Shown here piece after piece: positions 12,809 through 25,700 of a stretch of DNA of 64,000 bases. The position numbers and the translations under genes are program-made. Each line of letters begins with the position of its first letter. Positions within the stretch are counted from its first letter, which is position 1. Source of the stretch: Macrostomum lignano (Eukaryota); assembly GCA_002269645.1 (NCBI GenBank), contig NIVC01001995.1:62001-126000 (forward strand), written 5' to 3'. The notes below the pieces were generated by a model. It saw only the letters and a program-made list of their open reading frames with translations. It did not search any database and was not told where the DNA came from.

Positions 12809-14511
12809 GACTGCTGCTGCTGCTGCATCTGCGATGAGCTATGAGGCTTCGGGCCTGACGCCCTCTTTTACTTCTGCTTCTTCTAAGAGTTTTGTAGCAG
12901 TCTTCCCCTTTTAGTCTAATTGCCTCTGGGGGTTCGGGTCTCGGTTCAGCTGGAAGAGTAGCGCCTGTGCAGTTTTGGCCGCTGGCCAGCAGCAGAGTCG
13001 GCGCCAGCAAACACCGGGTCTGGGGGCGGCTGGAAACACTGCAGCAGCAGCTCTGCCGGAGTTGCAGTCGGAGGGGGTCGCAGCGGCCGGCCGGAGTGTG
13101 GAAACTGGCTGCGCGCACGGCTAGGGGTCGCGGGTATACATAGGGGATAGGGGATAAGGGCCGACCGAGAGAAGTGCAGATCGGCTGGAGTGGGGGAGGT
13201 TGGCCGGCCAGTCAGAGAACGGGATACGGCCGTTCCAGCCTCCTCCCTCATCTTCCTACTGAGCTCTTTCTCTCTCCCCTCCGCCAGTCTGCCTTCTCCT
13301 CCTCTAAGCTTAAAACTGAGTCCAGCTCTCCCGCCCCTGCTCAGCATCCCCTGTATCCGCGTCGCCCTGGAAGGGGAGGGGGAGGTTCAGGCAGATCTTC
13401 CTTGAGAATTCTGCGATCTGGTTCAAGGGGATGGATGACGAGGAAGTACAGTGGGAGCCCGTATTCCCTGCCTCCCCCCTCCGTCCCAGCCTCCTTCCCG
13501 CACTCCGCCCGCTCTCTGCGGCGGGATGAGCGCCGGGCATCTATTTTGCCTGAGCCGCCGGCGAGCCAAGCCAACTTATTGATCACACACGGCCGGCCAG
13601 ACAGCGGCCGCCAGTCTCAGTTTCCACCGCCATCAGCGCCGCATCTCTGGTCCCGCATGCCAGGAGCCTTGTTGGTCGGCCGGGCCGGACGGTGGTCAGC
13701 AACAAGGAGAACCAAAGCCTCCCCAACACACAGCTCAACTGCCCCAGTCTCCGGTCGCTGCCGGTCACTGCGGTGCACTTTAATACACTCATGCAGGGTC
13801 CCGGCCATATGCATAGGCGGCGGCGGGGAGCGGGCAGATGAAATAAATAATCAGCGGGCGCGGAGATCCCAAAAAGATGAACCCGCCGCCTCCCCCTCAC
13901 CCCCGGCCCGCGGCCCCTCATTTGGTGTGGCATCTCTGGGGAATCTCGGCGAGCTCATTTTCAGTGCATAAATTTCACCGCCTTCGCAAACCGCCTCTTC
14001 TTCTGGGAGCTCCTGCTTCAGTTTGCTTGCTTACCTACTTACCTACTTAATGCGCACAATAGTTTATAAATTAAAAAATCATTCAATCGAATAAGTTGAT
14101 AGACTTTGATTTCGGAGAAAATCACACTACTGGAGACTTTCAACAGGTAGAGCGAAAGCTCTGTTTATCTTCTTTTAAAGTACAAGCAGGCCTTTTTTGA
14201 ACACAGATTTTTAGAAACGAACGTTGTGCATGATACTAGATAGGAGCAATGCACAAGGACTGCATGCGAAATTAACCATATGCACAGGCAGATGCATCTT
14301 ACTGTTATCAAACATTGACATGGAAAAGCCAGAAAAGTCAGGAAGTCAAATGGCCTACTGGCAGTAGTACGAAAAATGTGCGTGTTCGCTCAAGCTTGAC
14401 TAATTTTCAAGATGTTGCCTCCAGCGCACCTCGACACAAGCCTTCCTCTTGCCTGTAGAGTCAAAGCTACTTTTAGAGGCAATTCTCTTCTCAACCGGAG
14501 TTAAGGGGCGA

Positions 14512-15183
14512 TTCTCAATCTGATTTCAGGGGCGATTCTGAATCTGGTTTCAGGGGCGATTCTCAATCTGGTTTCAGGGGCGATTCTCAATCTGATTTCA
14601 GGAGCGATTCTCAAGCTGGCTTCAGGGGCGATTCTCAATCTGATTTGAGGGGTGATTCTCAATCTGATTTCAGGGGCGATTCTCAATCTGGTTTCAGGGG
14701 CGATTTTCAATCTGATTTCAGGAGCGATTCTCAAGCTGGCTTCAGGGGCGATTCTCAATCTGATTTCAGGGGCGATTCTCAGGTTGGTTTCAGGGGCGAT
14801 TCTCAAGCTGGTTTCAAGGGCGATTCTCAATCTAGTGTCAGGGGCGATTTTCAAGCTGGCTTTAGGGGCGATTCTCCAGCTAATTTCAGGGGCGATTTAT
14901 CAGACTGATTTCAGGGGCGATTTTCAAGCTGGTTTCAGGGGCGATTCTCAATCTGATTTCAGGGGCGATTTTCAAGCTGGTTTCAGGGGCGATTCTCAAT
15001 CTGATTTCAGGGGCGATTCTCAAGCTGGTTTCAGGGGCGATTCTCAGGTTTGTATGCAGGGGCGATTCTCAAGCTGGTTTTAGGGGCGATTTTCAGGTTG
15101 GTTTCAGGGGCGATTCTCAGGCTGGTTTCAGGGGCGATTCTCAGGCTGGTTTCAGGGGCGATTCTCAGACTGATTTCAGGGGC
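14512..15183. repeat. 24-bp minisatellite (GGGGCGATTCTCAAKCTGRTTTCA)n
   Basis: Tandem copies visible upstream of RIM. Confidence 0.93.
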
Positions 15184-16076
15184 ACACCTAAGGACACCTA
15201 AAACTGCCTTTTAGGGTTGGCATCCCAGTTGATACTGAATCCACATCAATTTGCCTACCTGCAGAGTTGGCCAGCCAGGTGTGGAACCTCAGAATCCATG
15301 CATGGACTGGACAGCGGATCAAGGGTGTTGGACATCAAAAGCAATTGCAGAGGCGCAGGTCACAAAGCAGCGCGAACTCAGCTCATGTATTTAATACTGG
15401 CAGCCCTGCAGAACTTGTCCCCTGCCGCCGCTTGGCGCTCATTCGATGGCAGCAGACCGAGATTCGCCCACGAAACAAACAGGCCAGGGGATTGCGGAAA
15501 TGCGGGCGGAAGTGCCGCAGTCCAGCCGGGCAGAGGGGCGAGAGGGTGGAGGCTGAGAGACAGGCAGGCCGCTCCGCCATTGGCCGGGAAACGGGCAATT
15601 CTTAAGGAAGAACACAGAAAGAAAGGAACAAAATAAGCCGAAAGCTACGTTTCTTGGCGAGGAAGATTTGAAGCGGAAGAAAAAGAGAGAGAGGGACAGG
15701 CGCACACAGAAGCAGAAGACACGCAGGGCGGATCGCACTAGCTGCGGGAGAAGGCGTTATCCCAAATGCTTTATGCCATATCCCAATGCCAAAGGACTCA
15801 GTCAGTCCGGTCGCAGCTGGGTTTCGCTACAGAAACGCTCAGATGAGGCAGGCGACTCAATCCATTTGGCATTGCCTTTGCGCGGAGCAGCCGCAGAGAC
15901 ATTTAGAAGTCTGGAGATTATCTTTCTGCAACACCGCAAAGCCGTACAACTGCGGGCGCAGGGGCTCAAAAATCAATTCTATTTTTTCTAATGCATGAAT
16001 CCCAAAGACAAAAAGGACACGCGCGTCGGCTGAGTGTTCCGCACTGTTTATGCTTGGCATTGCGATGATTTTACTG

Positions 16077-17070
16077 GTTTTGGGGCGATTCTCGGGCTGG
16101 TTTTGGGGGCGATTCTCGGGCTGGTTTTAGGGGCGATTCTCGGGCTGGTTTTGGGAAGATTCTCGGGCTGGTTTTGGGACGATTCTCGGGCTGGTTTTGG
16201 GACGATTCTCGGGCTGGTTTTGGGAAGATTCTCGGGCTGGTTTTGGGACGATTCTCGGGCTAGTATGGGGGCGATTCTCGGGCTGGTTTTGGGACGATTC
16301 TCGGGCTGGTTTTGGGGCGATTCTAGGGCTAGTATGGGGGCGATTCTCGGGCTGGTTTTGGGGTGATTCTCGGGCTGGTTTTGGGGCGATTCTCGGGCTG
16401 GTTTTGGGGCGATTCTAGGGCTAGTATGGGGGCGATTCTCGGGCTGGTTTTGGGGCGATTCTCGGGCTGGTTTTGGGACGATTCTCGGGCTGGTTTTGGG
16501 GCGATTCTCGGGCTGGTTTTGGAACGATTCTCGGGCTAGTATGGGGGCGATTCTCGGGCTGGTTTTGGGGCGATTCTCGGGCTGGTTTTGGGGTGATTCT
16601 CGGGCTGGTTTTGCGACGATTCTCGGGCTGGTTTTGGGGCGATTCTCGGGCTGGTTTTGGGGCGATTCTCGGGCTGGTTTTGGGGCGATTCTCGGGCTGG
16701 TTATGGGACGATTCTAGGGCTGGTTGTGGGGCGATTCTCGAGCTGGTTTTGGGGCGATTCTCGGGCTGGTTTTGGGGCGATTATTACAGGTCTGAGGGGC
16801 GATTTTTCTGCTGGTTTTGGGGCGATTCTCGGGCTGGTTTTTGGGGGCGATTCTCGGGCTAGTATGGGGGCAATTCTCTGGCTGGTTTTGGGGCGATTCT
16901 TGGGCTTGTATGGGGGCGATTCTCGGGCTGGTTTTGGGGCGATTATTACAGGTCTGAGGGGCGATTTTTCTGCTGGTTTTGGGGCGATTATTACAGGTCT
17001 GATGGGCGATTTTTCTGCTGGTTTTGGGGCGATTATTACAGGTCTGAGGGGCGATTTTTCTGCTGGTTTC
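16077..17070. repeat. 23/24-bp minisatellite (GGGGCGATTCTCGGGCTGGTTTT)n
   Basis: Tandem copies visible; shares the GGGGCGATTCTC core with the 14.5 kb array. Confidence 0.93.
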
Positions 17071-17994
17071 GGGGTGACTCTTAGGCTAATATGGGGGAGA
17101 TATATTTCCAGACTCCTAGTTCTCCAGAGCTCCATGGTCGGGTGCTGACTGTCGTGAGTGAGCAGCGCCGCCCAGCAGCATGGAACGAGGGACTCAAAGG
17201 CCCCTCTACTATAGAGTAGCAAATTAAACAAGAATGCTGCAGGTGCAAGTCCCAGAGGTGTAGAATGCTCGCCATGCGGAGCTGCTGACTCTCTCTTTCT
17301 CGGCCTCTCTCCCGCCCTAATTATCGCGTTATACCTGAACACGCCACCCAGCCAGAGGTATAATTAATTATCACTGATTCACTCCCTCGCCTCTCTTCAG
17401 CCTTCACCAGGCGGCAAGGCAAATATTACTAGAGGATAGGCAGGAACCAAGATTTCAGCACAAAAATTAACAGACCACCAGACCATCAAGACCACTTCGC
17501 AACCGCATGGCCACCACACGCATGCACTCGCTACTCACCATGGGAAAAGAAACCAGTATAAACAAATACGAAGCCAGTAAAGTTGCCAGTGAAAAGACGC
17601 GCTCAGCCATTTATTATGGTCCTCGCGAGGACTTCCGACACCCGAAAATCGAAAATGGAAATGAGAAAAAATACAATAAATTTACTGAGAAACACTAATT
17701 TAGTTCAGTGATTGCGAAAGTAGTATACGCGGCGCATGCGATAAAGAAAAACAAAAAAGTGATAAAAAGATACGAAAAAACTCGAACAGCTCTGAATAAA
17801 CAAAAATATTAAACTGAAAATGAGCAACGAAAACTATCGAATTTGCAGAGCTTTGATTAAATATTTACAATTAGTTAAACTTGGGTAGGGCAAAAATAGC
17901 TCTTGTCAGTAGGGGGATGGATTTATCTACGGACCGGATATGACGCAAATGACGCGACTAACGTTTTTGTAGTCCAAACAGTTTCGCCCCCCCC

Positions 17995-18947
17995 CACTCA
18001 GTCACTAAATCCTCCAACTCAGTCACTAATCCCAAAAATCAGTCACTAATCCAACAACTCTGAAGTCACTAAATCCCTCACTCAGTCACTAATCCCCGAA
18101 CTCAGTCACTAATCCTCCAACTCAGTCACTAATCCCCCAACTCAGTCACCAATCCTCCAACTCAGTCACTAATCCAACAACTCAGTCACTAATCACCCAA
18201 CTCAGTCACTAATCACCCCACTCAGTTACTAGTCCCCCAACTCAGTCACTAATCCCCCAACTCAGTCACTAATCCTCCAACTCAGTCACTAATCCTCCAA
18301 CTCAGTCACTAATCCTCCAACTCAGTCACTAATCACCCAACTCAGTCACTAATCACCCCACTCAGTTACTAGTCCCCCAACTCAGTCACTAATCACCCAA
18401 CTCAGTCACTAATGCCACAAATTAGTCACTAATCCTCCAACTCAGTCACTAATCCTCCAACTCAGTCACTAATCCCACAAATCAGTCACTAATCCCCCAA
18501 CTCAGTCACTAATCCTCCAACTCAGTCACTAATCAACCTACTCAGTCACTAATCCCCCAACTCAGTCACTAATCCCACAAATCAGTCACTAATCCCCCAA
18601 CTCAGTCACTAATCTCCCAACTCAGTCACTAATCCCACAAATCAGTCACTAATCCCCCAACTCATTCACTAATTCTGCAAATCAGTCACTAATCCTCCAA
18701 CTCATTCACTAATTCTCCAACTCAGTCACTAATCCTCCAACTCAGTCACTAATCCTCCAACTCAGTCACTAATCTCCCAACTCAGTCACTAATCACCCAA
18801 CTCAGTCACTAATCCTCCAACTCAGTCACTAATCTCCCAACTCAGTCACTAATCACCCAACTCAGTCACTAATCTCCCAACTCAGTCACTAATCACCCAA
18901 CTCAGTCACTAATCTCCCAACTCAGTCACTAATCCCCCAACTCAGTC
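17995..18947. repeat. 20-bp minisatellite (CTCAGTCACTAATCCYCCAA)n directly downstream of the PINK1 stop codon
   Basis: Tandem copies visible. Confidence 0.95.
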
Positions 18948-18967
18948 AACAACGCCAGTTTGCCGGC

Positions 18968-21451
18968 CTAAACTCCGGGCAGCAGCAGCAGCGGACGCAA
19001 CCAGGGCAGCGGCAGGGCGGCAGCCATCGCCATCAGCTCCTCCGGTGTCCAGCGCCCGAAATTCCAACGCCGCCACTGCCGGCGCCGTTCCTCGCCTAGC
19101 AGACGCCGCAACGCCCTGGCGACCCAATCGGTGGTGGGCCGGCCAGCCGGATCCTCGGCCAGCGCCAGACAGCGCAGCAGACGATCAGCGCGCGGCCCCA
19201 GCCGGCCGGCCAGGCTGGGCAGGTCCTCCGGCCGGTAGGGCTGGCGCGAGCTGCGGCCGCCTCGCAGGAACGGATTGGCCAGGCCGAGCAGCTCCCAGGC
19301 CAGGCTGGCCACGGCCCACAGGTCCGACCGGCTGTAGTCTATGGCCGAACCCGGGCCGGGCCGAGCTCTGGCCACCTCGGGCGGCACCAGGTGCGAATTG
19401 CCCCAAGCGACGACGCTGCTGTGCGGCAGCGGCATCGTCAGTGGCGAGACGGCGGCGCCGAAGTCGATCAGCACGAGTCGGCGACGGTTTGGGCAGGCAC
19501 CGCGGACGGCTACGTTGCTGGACTTGATGTCGCGATGGGCGACGCCAACGGACGGATCTTTCAGGTAGGCGTCGGCCTCGCACAGCTGGGCGAGCAGCTG
19601 TAGCGACTCGGCCGGACTGACCGGGCCGCCTGCGGCTAGCAGATCCGACAGGCTGCCCTCGTACAGCGGCATCACCATGTAGTAGGTGGTGTTCCTGCCG
19701 AAGCCGTCGGGGTGCCGCGAGCTGCGAGAGGTGTGAGAGGATGATTGGCGGCTGTTTAACACCCTGTATGATCATGAAGCGACCCGCAGAAAATGCTCAC
19801 CTGGGCAGGTAGGCCGGCACCTCGGTCCAGTCGCCAGCCACCGGTTCGAACTCGGCCGCGAAGCCGGCCAGCGCCTTGGCCAGGCCCGGATGCGACAGCC
19901 GTTTCAGCAGGCGCAGCTCAAAGTCGAACTCGCGCTCCAAGCTGGCGAAGGCGGCCGACTCGACACTCGGATTGAAGTAGCGCTTCACGGCCAGCTGGGC
20001 GGAGCCTCCGGCCGCCGGGACGGCCTCCAGGACACCGCTGTAGCCACCGCGGCCGATCAGGCGGAGCAGGCGGAGGTCGCCGAGACCGGCTGGCCGAGGG
20101 AGCGACCGGTCGGCTGCCTCCCAGGCGCGGTCGCGCGCTGCTTCAATGCCGCAGCGCTGCTGTTGCTGCTGCTGTTGCTGCAAGACAAAAATAAAAGTAT
20201 AATAATTTAGTATATGTAGACTAGCGCACTCGCCCCCGCCTAGGGCAATTTTAATAAGCTGGGACTTCACAATAGCAATCCGGTCCGCTCAAGGCTTGTG
20301 TCTCTTCTCAGCTCTCGTCTATCTAATAATCTCTTCTCCTTTCTCTCCTCTCCCCCCTCCTTTCCTATTTCGTCTCTTATCTCTTCTGCTTTTTCCCTCG
20401 CCTCGCCATTATTTTTTCTTCTATCTTCTCTAACCCTCTGACCATCTCCTATCTCCCCTCCTGCGCAGTCAGGCACTAGATTCTCTCTCTGGCCCTTAAA
20501 GTAAGAAAGTTTTCCAATCTCTGCACTGTGGTAAGGACACAATAAATTGGACACCAAAGGAGATTTTAAAACATTTACTGTGTCTACTCAACACAGGCTC
20601 CAACATACAATACATTGAGGCAGGCACTAGAACATATTTAGTCAGGGGTACAAAGAGACAAACACAGACGAAACGACAGAAGTGATAGAAAATCGACATA
20701 CACAATCAATCCACCCACTTTATCTATTACTGTAGAGTATGGAGAAATTAATTGCTCGTAGCATAGTTGGATAATACAAACATAATACGCTATACTAGGA
20801 ATTTCTAGGAATTGCTTTAAAGCGCTGACTGACGAATGTGTTTGGCTTAATTCTCCAAGTAAGCACTGGCCTAAACCCGTAGGAGGGTCACCTTCTCACC
20901 TTCTCCGTAGGAGAGCCTTCTAACCCAGATTTCAGCTTTAGAGGTCCCTGCGGCTGTCGCCCCGCTGACCCCAGGCCACGCACACGGATAAGTACGCAGA
21001 CACGCTCTCACATAGTGTACAGCGGCCTTTCAATCGCCAGGAATGTACACTCTCTCCGCTTTGCACTCAGCGTTCAACTCACCTGGAAGGTGACAACGGC
21101 ACTCATTGAAGAGTCGGCTACCAGGCCGAGGCCTAAAGACAGTGCGGCCAAGGGTATCAGCCGCCTGCCGCCGCCGACGCCGCCAACGAAACGCCGTCGG
21201 GACACCGACAGCAGGAGTCTCTCCGCGCTAGACAAAGCCGGGTTCCTTCTGCCAATGCTGCTATTATAGTTGCCATGACGACTATGCGTGGTTAGCAATG
21301 GTCGATTCGCCTGTCGCAAGTGGTCGGCCGCGTTGCTAAGCAACCGGGACCATAGGGCGCGAGGCTGACGGAGCAGCAGCTGCTTCAGGGGCGGCAGCCG
21401 CTTGGCGCCAACAGCCAGTCGCTTGGCTAGCACCAGCGCCTTGGTGGCCAT
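18968..21451 (-). CDS. PINK1: PINK1-like mitochondrial Ser/Thr kinase, about 499 aa
   Basis: Exons 21083-21451, 19801-20177, 18968-19721 (1500 nt, phases 0 and 2 consistent). Arg/Leu-rich acid-poor N-terminus followed by hydrophobic LIPLAALSLGLGLV; IGRGGYSGV, LAVK, HP, RHPDGFGRNTTYYMVMPLY (PINK1 insertion-3 region), HRDIKSSN, DFG, GNSHLVPPEVARARPGPGSAIDYSRSDLWAV..LGLANPF, matching the PINK1 signature APEV..A.PGP...IDYSKAD.WA.G..AYEI.G..NPF. Confidence 0.9.
20255..20524. mobile_element. Degenerate relative of the hAT MITE at 28.2 kb, inside PINK1 intron 1 (20178-21082)
   Basis: CTTCACAATAGCAATCCGGYCCGCTCAA..TCTCTTCTCA and CTGGCCCTT..AAAGTTTTCC are shared with 28293-28460; right end TTTTCCAATCTCTG resembles a decayed TIR; left TIR not seen. 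Confidence 0.55.
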
Positions 21452-21604
21452 GGATCACCAATGCTAATAACAATATCTTTGGTTTACAACTGCAGTCTCG
21501 TAGTGCTGTGCGCTAAATATTTACTTAGCTTTCCGCATGAATTCAGAAACCAACTGCTGAAATCTAAATTTATTCCTCTTATTTCTAGCGTCTTCTCTGC
21601 TTTC

Positions 21605-22045
21605 TAACCAACCCCTAACCCCACCCTGTCTTTCCCACCCATAACCCCACCCTGTCTTTCCCACCCATAACCCCACCCTGTCTTTCCCACCCCCTAACCC
21701 GACCCTGTCTTTCCCACCCCCTAACCCGACCCTGTCTTTCCCACCCCCTAACCCGACCCTGTCTTTCCCACCCCCTAACCCCACCCTGTCTTTCCCACCC
21801 CCTAACCCCACCGTCTTTCCCCCCCTAACCCCACCCTGTCTTTCCCACCCCCTAACCCCACCCTGTCTTTCCCACCCCCTAACCCCACCGTCTTTCCCCC
21901 CCCCTAACCCGACCCTGTCTTTCCCACCCCCTAACCCCACCCTGTCTTTCCCACCCCCTAACCCCACCGTCTTTCCCCCCCTAACCCCACTCTGTCTTTC
22001 CCACCCCCTAACCCCACCCTGTCTTTCCTACCCTCTAACCCCACT
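21605..22045. repeat. 26-bp minisatellite (CCCCTAACCCCACCCTGTCTTTCCCA)n containing CCCTAA
   Basis: Tandem copies visible between paralog A and PINK1. Confidence 0.92.
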
Positions 22046-22739
22046 ACAAAATATCTGTATAATAACTGATAATGAAAAAATATGAAACTCGAACTGCATA
22101 GTTAAAATTATTACTGGAAGATGTAAGATGAATTAATTAATATTTGATGGTTAAATTCGTGAAAAAAAGGATAAAAGCTACGAGCGTATTGGAGAAACTA
22201 TTGGGGCAAAATACGATTAAGCGCAAACGAGTTTTAGAAGTGGCGCAATGATCAATTAACCGTTACATAATGAAAATTGACAAGATGCTTAATTTCAAAC
22301 GAAGCAGGGTATAACTGCCATTTTAGTAATTAGATCAGAATCAACCTTTTACGCAAAAGCGTCTTAATTCCTCACAAGAACTCGAAGTGAAAAACCATAA
22401 GGCGATGGGCCCACAATAGATAGAAAGTTGAGGCAGTTGCAGAAAAGCAAAAACCAAACGCCTTACTTCGAGTATTGAAGAATTGAAAACATTTTAAAAC
22501 ACACAAAAACACCCGGAATCCGTATGAAATATGAAGAATTTTAGCTGAAGAAAATAACAAAAAATTAAAAATTAAACAAGACAGTAAAATTCAGAATTAA
22601 ACAGGCTATTAGAGAGGCTAAACGATTTTTTTAAAAAGAGCCTTTGAAAAACTGAAAAACATCATAGTCAGTCCGTCATGACCATTACTAATTGGAGAAT
22701 TCTATTTATTAACCATGCCAAAGGCGTATAGCTCTGCGC

Positions 22740-25700
22740 TCACAGGCTGAGCACACAGACGCCGCGAGAGTCGCCAACAGCGAACTCCTGCGTGTTCATG
22801 TAGCAGCTGTCTGCCACCGACCAGCTCGCCGCCTCCGCCTGGCAGGACCAGCGAAGGCCAGCCGTCTCAGCCCCGGCGGGGACTGCCTTGTCCGGCTTGT
22901 CGAATGCGCGGCCTGCGGGCGGGGGCGAGGAGGGTGAGGAGGGTAAAGAGGGTGGGGAGGGTAAAGAGGGTGAGGAGGGTAAAGAGGGTGAGGAGGGTAA
23001 ATAGGATGAGGAGGGAAAAGAGGGTGAGGAGGGTAAAGGGTGAGGAGGTCAAATAGGATGAGGAGGGTAGAGGGTGAGGAGGGTAAAATGGTGAGGAGGG
23101 CAAATAGGATGAGGAGGGTAAAGAGGGTGAGGAGGGTAAAAGGGTAAGGCGCACAGAATGTACACAGAATGCTCAGTTACGCATTTTGAGAGAGTTTCTT
23201 GCCCAAAAATTACGAGTACATTCTTAACTAGCTACTGTCATAGTGAAGAAAGAAAAATTAAGTAGGCTAAACGGCACTTTAGTTTAAAGAAGGCAAAGGG
23301 GGTAGAGAATGAGAATGACAAGAAGTATAAGAAGCGAGGCGGGAGACCTTTCCCTTCAGGAGATAAACTCCAGAGTGTCTCACCAGCGGGAGTTCTGAGC
23401 ACCCGCCCGACCCCGGCAGAGTCGGTCATGGCCAGCAGCAGGGTGGATCTGAACACCAGAGCTGACGGTGGACAGTCGGGCAGTGTGTCCAGCAGGGCCG
23501 GCCGGTTGCACCAGCGGACGAGGCGGCTGCTGCTGCCGGCCAGCTCAAAGCGGAAGCGGTGGGCGGAGTAGCGGCCCGGACAGCCGGGCTCGCTGTCGAT
23601 GACCACCAGCCAGCGCTCGGCGAAGTTCCACGCCAGACGGACCGGCCCGTTCAGCCCGAGGCTGGCGTTCGTCTGCGTCAGCCGGAACTCCTCGACGTTC
23701 GATGGCGATGTCGGTCTGGCCGTTGCACCGTCGGCTTCGGGATGTTCAGATCTGGTGAGCGATGGCAGCGACACGATGAAGATGCCGACGCTGGGGCAGG
23801 CGATGAAGAGGCATTCGCCTGTGCAGACGACGTCTTCAGGCTGGTGCAGAGAGAAGCTGGAGAGAACGGGCGGGGCGATGGTGAAGGGTGAAAGTACATG
23901 TATTTAATGCGATGCTCAGTAAGGTGCTCAATGGGTGAGATGCTCAGTGAGGTTCTGAGTGAGATACTCGGTGAGGTTCTGAGTGAGATACTCGGTGAGG
24001 TTCTGAGTGAGATGGTCAGTGAGATGGTCAGTGAGGTGGTCAGTGAGATGGTCAGTGAGGTGGTCAGTGAGGTGGTCAGTGAGATGGTCAGTGGGATGGT
24101 CAGTGAGATGGTCAGTGGGATGGTCAGTGAGGTGGTCAGTGAGGTGGTCAGTGAGATGGTCAGTGAGGTGGTCAGTGAGATGGTCAGTGAGATGGTCAGT
24201 GAGATGGTCAGTGAGATGGTCAGTGAGGTGTTCAGTGAGATGCTCAGTGAGGTGGTCAGTGAGATGGTCAGTGAGATGGTCAGTGAGGTGGTCAGTGAGA
24301 TGGTCAGTGGGATGGTCAGTGAGATGGTCAGTGAGATGGTCAGTGGGATGGTCAGTGAGATGCTCAGTGAGGTGGTCAGTGAGGTGGTCAGTGAGGTGGT
24401 CAGTGAGATGGTCAGTGAGGTGGTCAGTGAGGTGCTCAGTGAGGTGCTCAGTGAGGTGGTCAGTGAGGTGGTCAGTGAGGTGGTCAGTGAGGTGGTCAGT
24501 GAGATGGTCAGTGAGGTGCTCAGTGAGGTGGTCAGTGAGGTGGTCAGTGAGGTGGTCAGTGAGGTGGTCAGTGAGATGGTCAGTGAGGTGGTCAGTGAGG
24601 TGGTCAGTGAGGTGGTCAGTGAGATGGTCAGTGAGGTGGTCAGTGAGATGGTCAGTGAGGTGCCCAGTGAGGTGGTCAGTGAGGTGGTCAGTGAGGTGGT
24701 CAGTGAGATGGTCAGTGAGGTGGTCAGTGAGGTGGTCAGTGAGGTGGTCAGTGAGGTGGTCAGTGAGATGGTCAGTGAGGTGGTCAGTGAGGTGGTCAGT
24801 GAGATGGTCAGTGAGGTGGTCAGTGAGGTGGTCAGTGAGGTGGTCAGTGATCGAGGTGCTCAGTGAGGTGCTCAGTGAGGTGGTCAGTGAGGTGCTCAGT
24901 GAGGTGGTCAGTGAGGTGGTCACTGCTACACAACACAGACAAGCGTCAGTCAGTCAGTGCGCACCGTTTAGTGATAGCCGGACCAAAGCTGGCATCCACC
25001 GAGCCGTTGCTCTTGACGCAGTGCACCTTGCCGGCGCTGCGATCCAGAATCAGCAGCCAGCCGCGCTGGTGACAGACGCGAACCCGGTGCGGCCGGGCCA
25101 CGCCGCCCATTCGCAGGAATCGCGGCGGGCCCGTTCGCAGCGGCAGCGGGTACTTGAATCGGCCGCGACGGTCGTACACGCAAATCACTACAGCGCCGCC
25201 GCCGCTGCCGCCCAGCTGCTCCAGCACGAAGAAGCTGCCGTGTAGAAAGGCCAGCGAAGCTGGTCGATTTTGAGTGTCGAAAGAATTTTTTGCGGCAACT
25301 GCCGGCCGATGCGAGTCGACGGAGGCAGCCAGCTCCAGACGGCCGATTGGCGGCTGATGCTGGGAGTGTTGGAACAAATCTCTGTCTTAATCCTGTTGCA
25401 GCGATACATTGCGCACCCCAAAGCTTCCAACCTATTTTGAATGTGTCTAGCAACCAATACGAGTGCTAACTTTATTCATACGGCTATTAGCCCGTGTGAG
25501 TGAGCATGTGGGGGCTGGATGATTTAGGTAAGTTTAACACATGTATATTTATCAGCTTGAAAAGTTAAGTTGCAGTCACTTGGGACATTTCTTACTCACT
25601 AAAGCCGAGTTTCCAATCCCTTCTTTCTATGGTAAACTTATATCGCAGTCGTCTCTGGTATAACTAGATAGGCCACTCAGCACATTTGCGTGTAAGCTAC

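Noticed and set aside
13174-13971. 265-aa plus-strand ORF upstream of RIM
   Set aside because: GC-rich promoter or 5'-UTR-like sequence with no recognisable domain; overlapping ORFs occur in many frames.
15259-15406. AG/GT-bounded minus-strand segment between the two GGCGATTC arrays
   Set aside because: Stop codons in all three frames; at most a non-coding exon, which cannot be supported without transcripts.
455-24920. Tandem arrays as CRISPR arrays
   Set aside because: Units are contiguous with no unique spacers, they lie in spliceosomal introns or spacers of a eukaryote, and no cas genes are present.
23898-25245. ORFs of 322, 331 and 412 aa with VSEM / TDHL / SVRW repeats
   Set aside because: Products of the 12-bp array in a paralog A intron; open on both strands.
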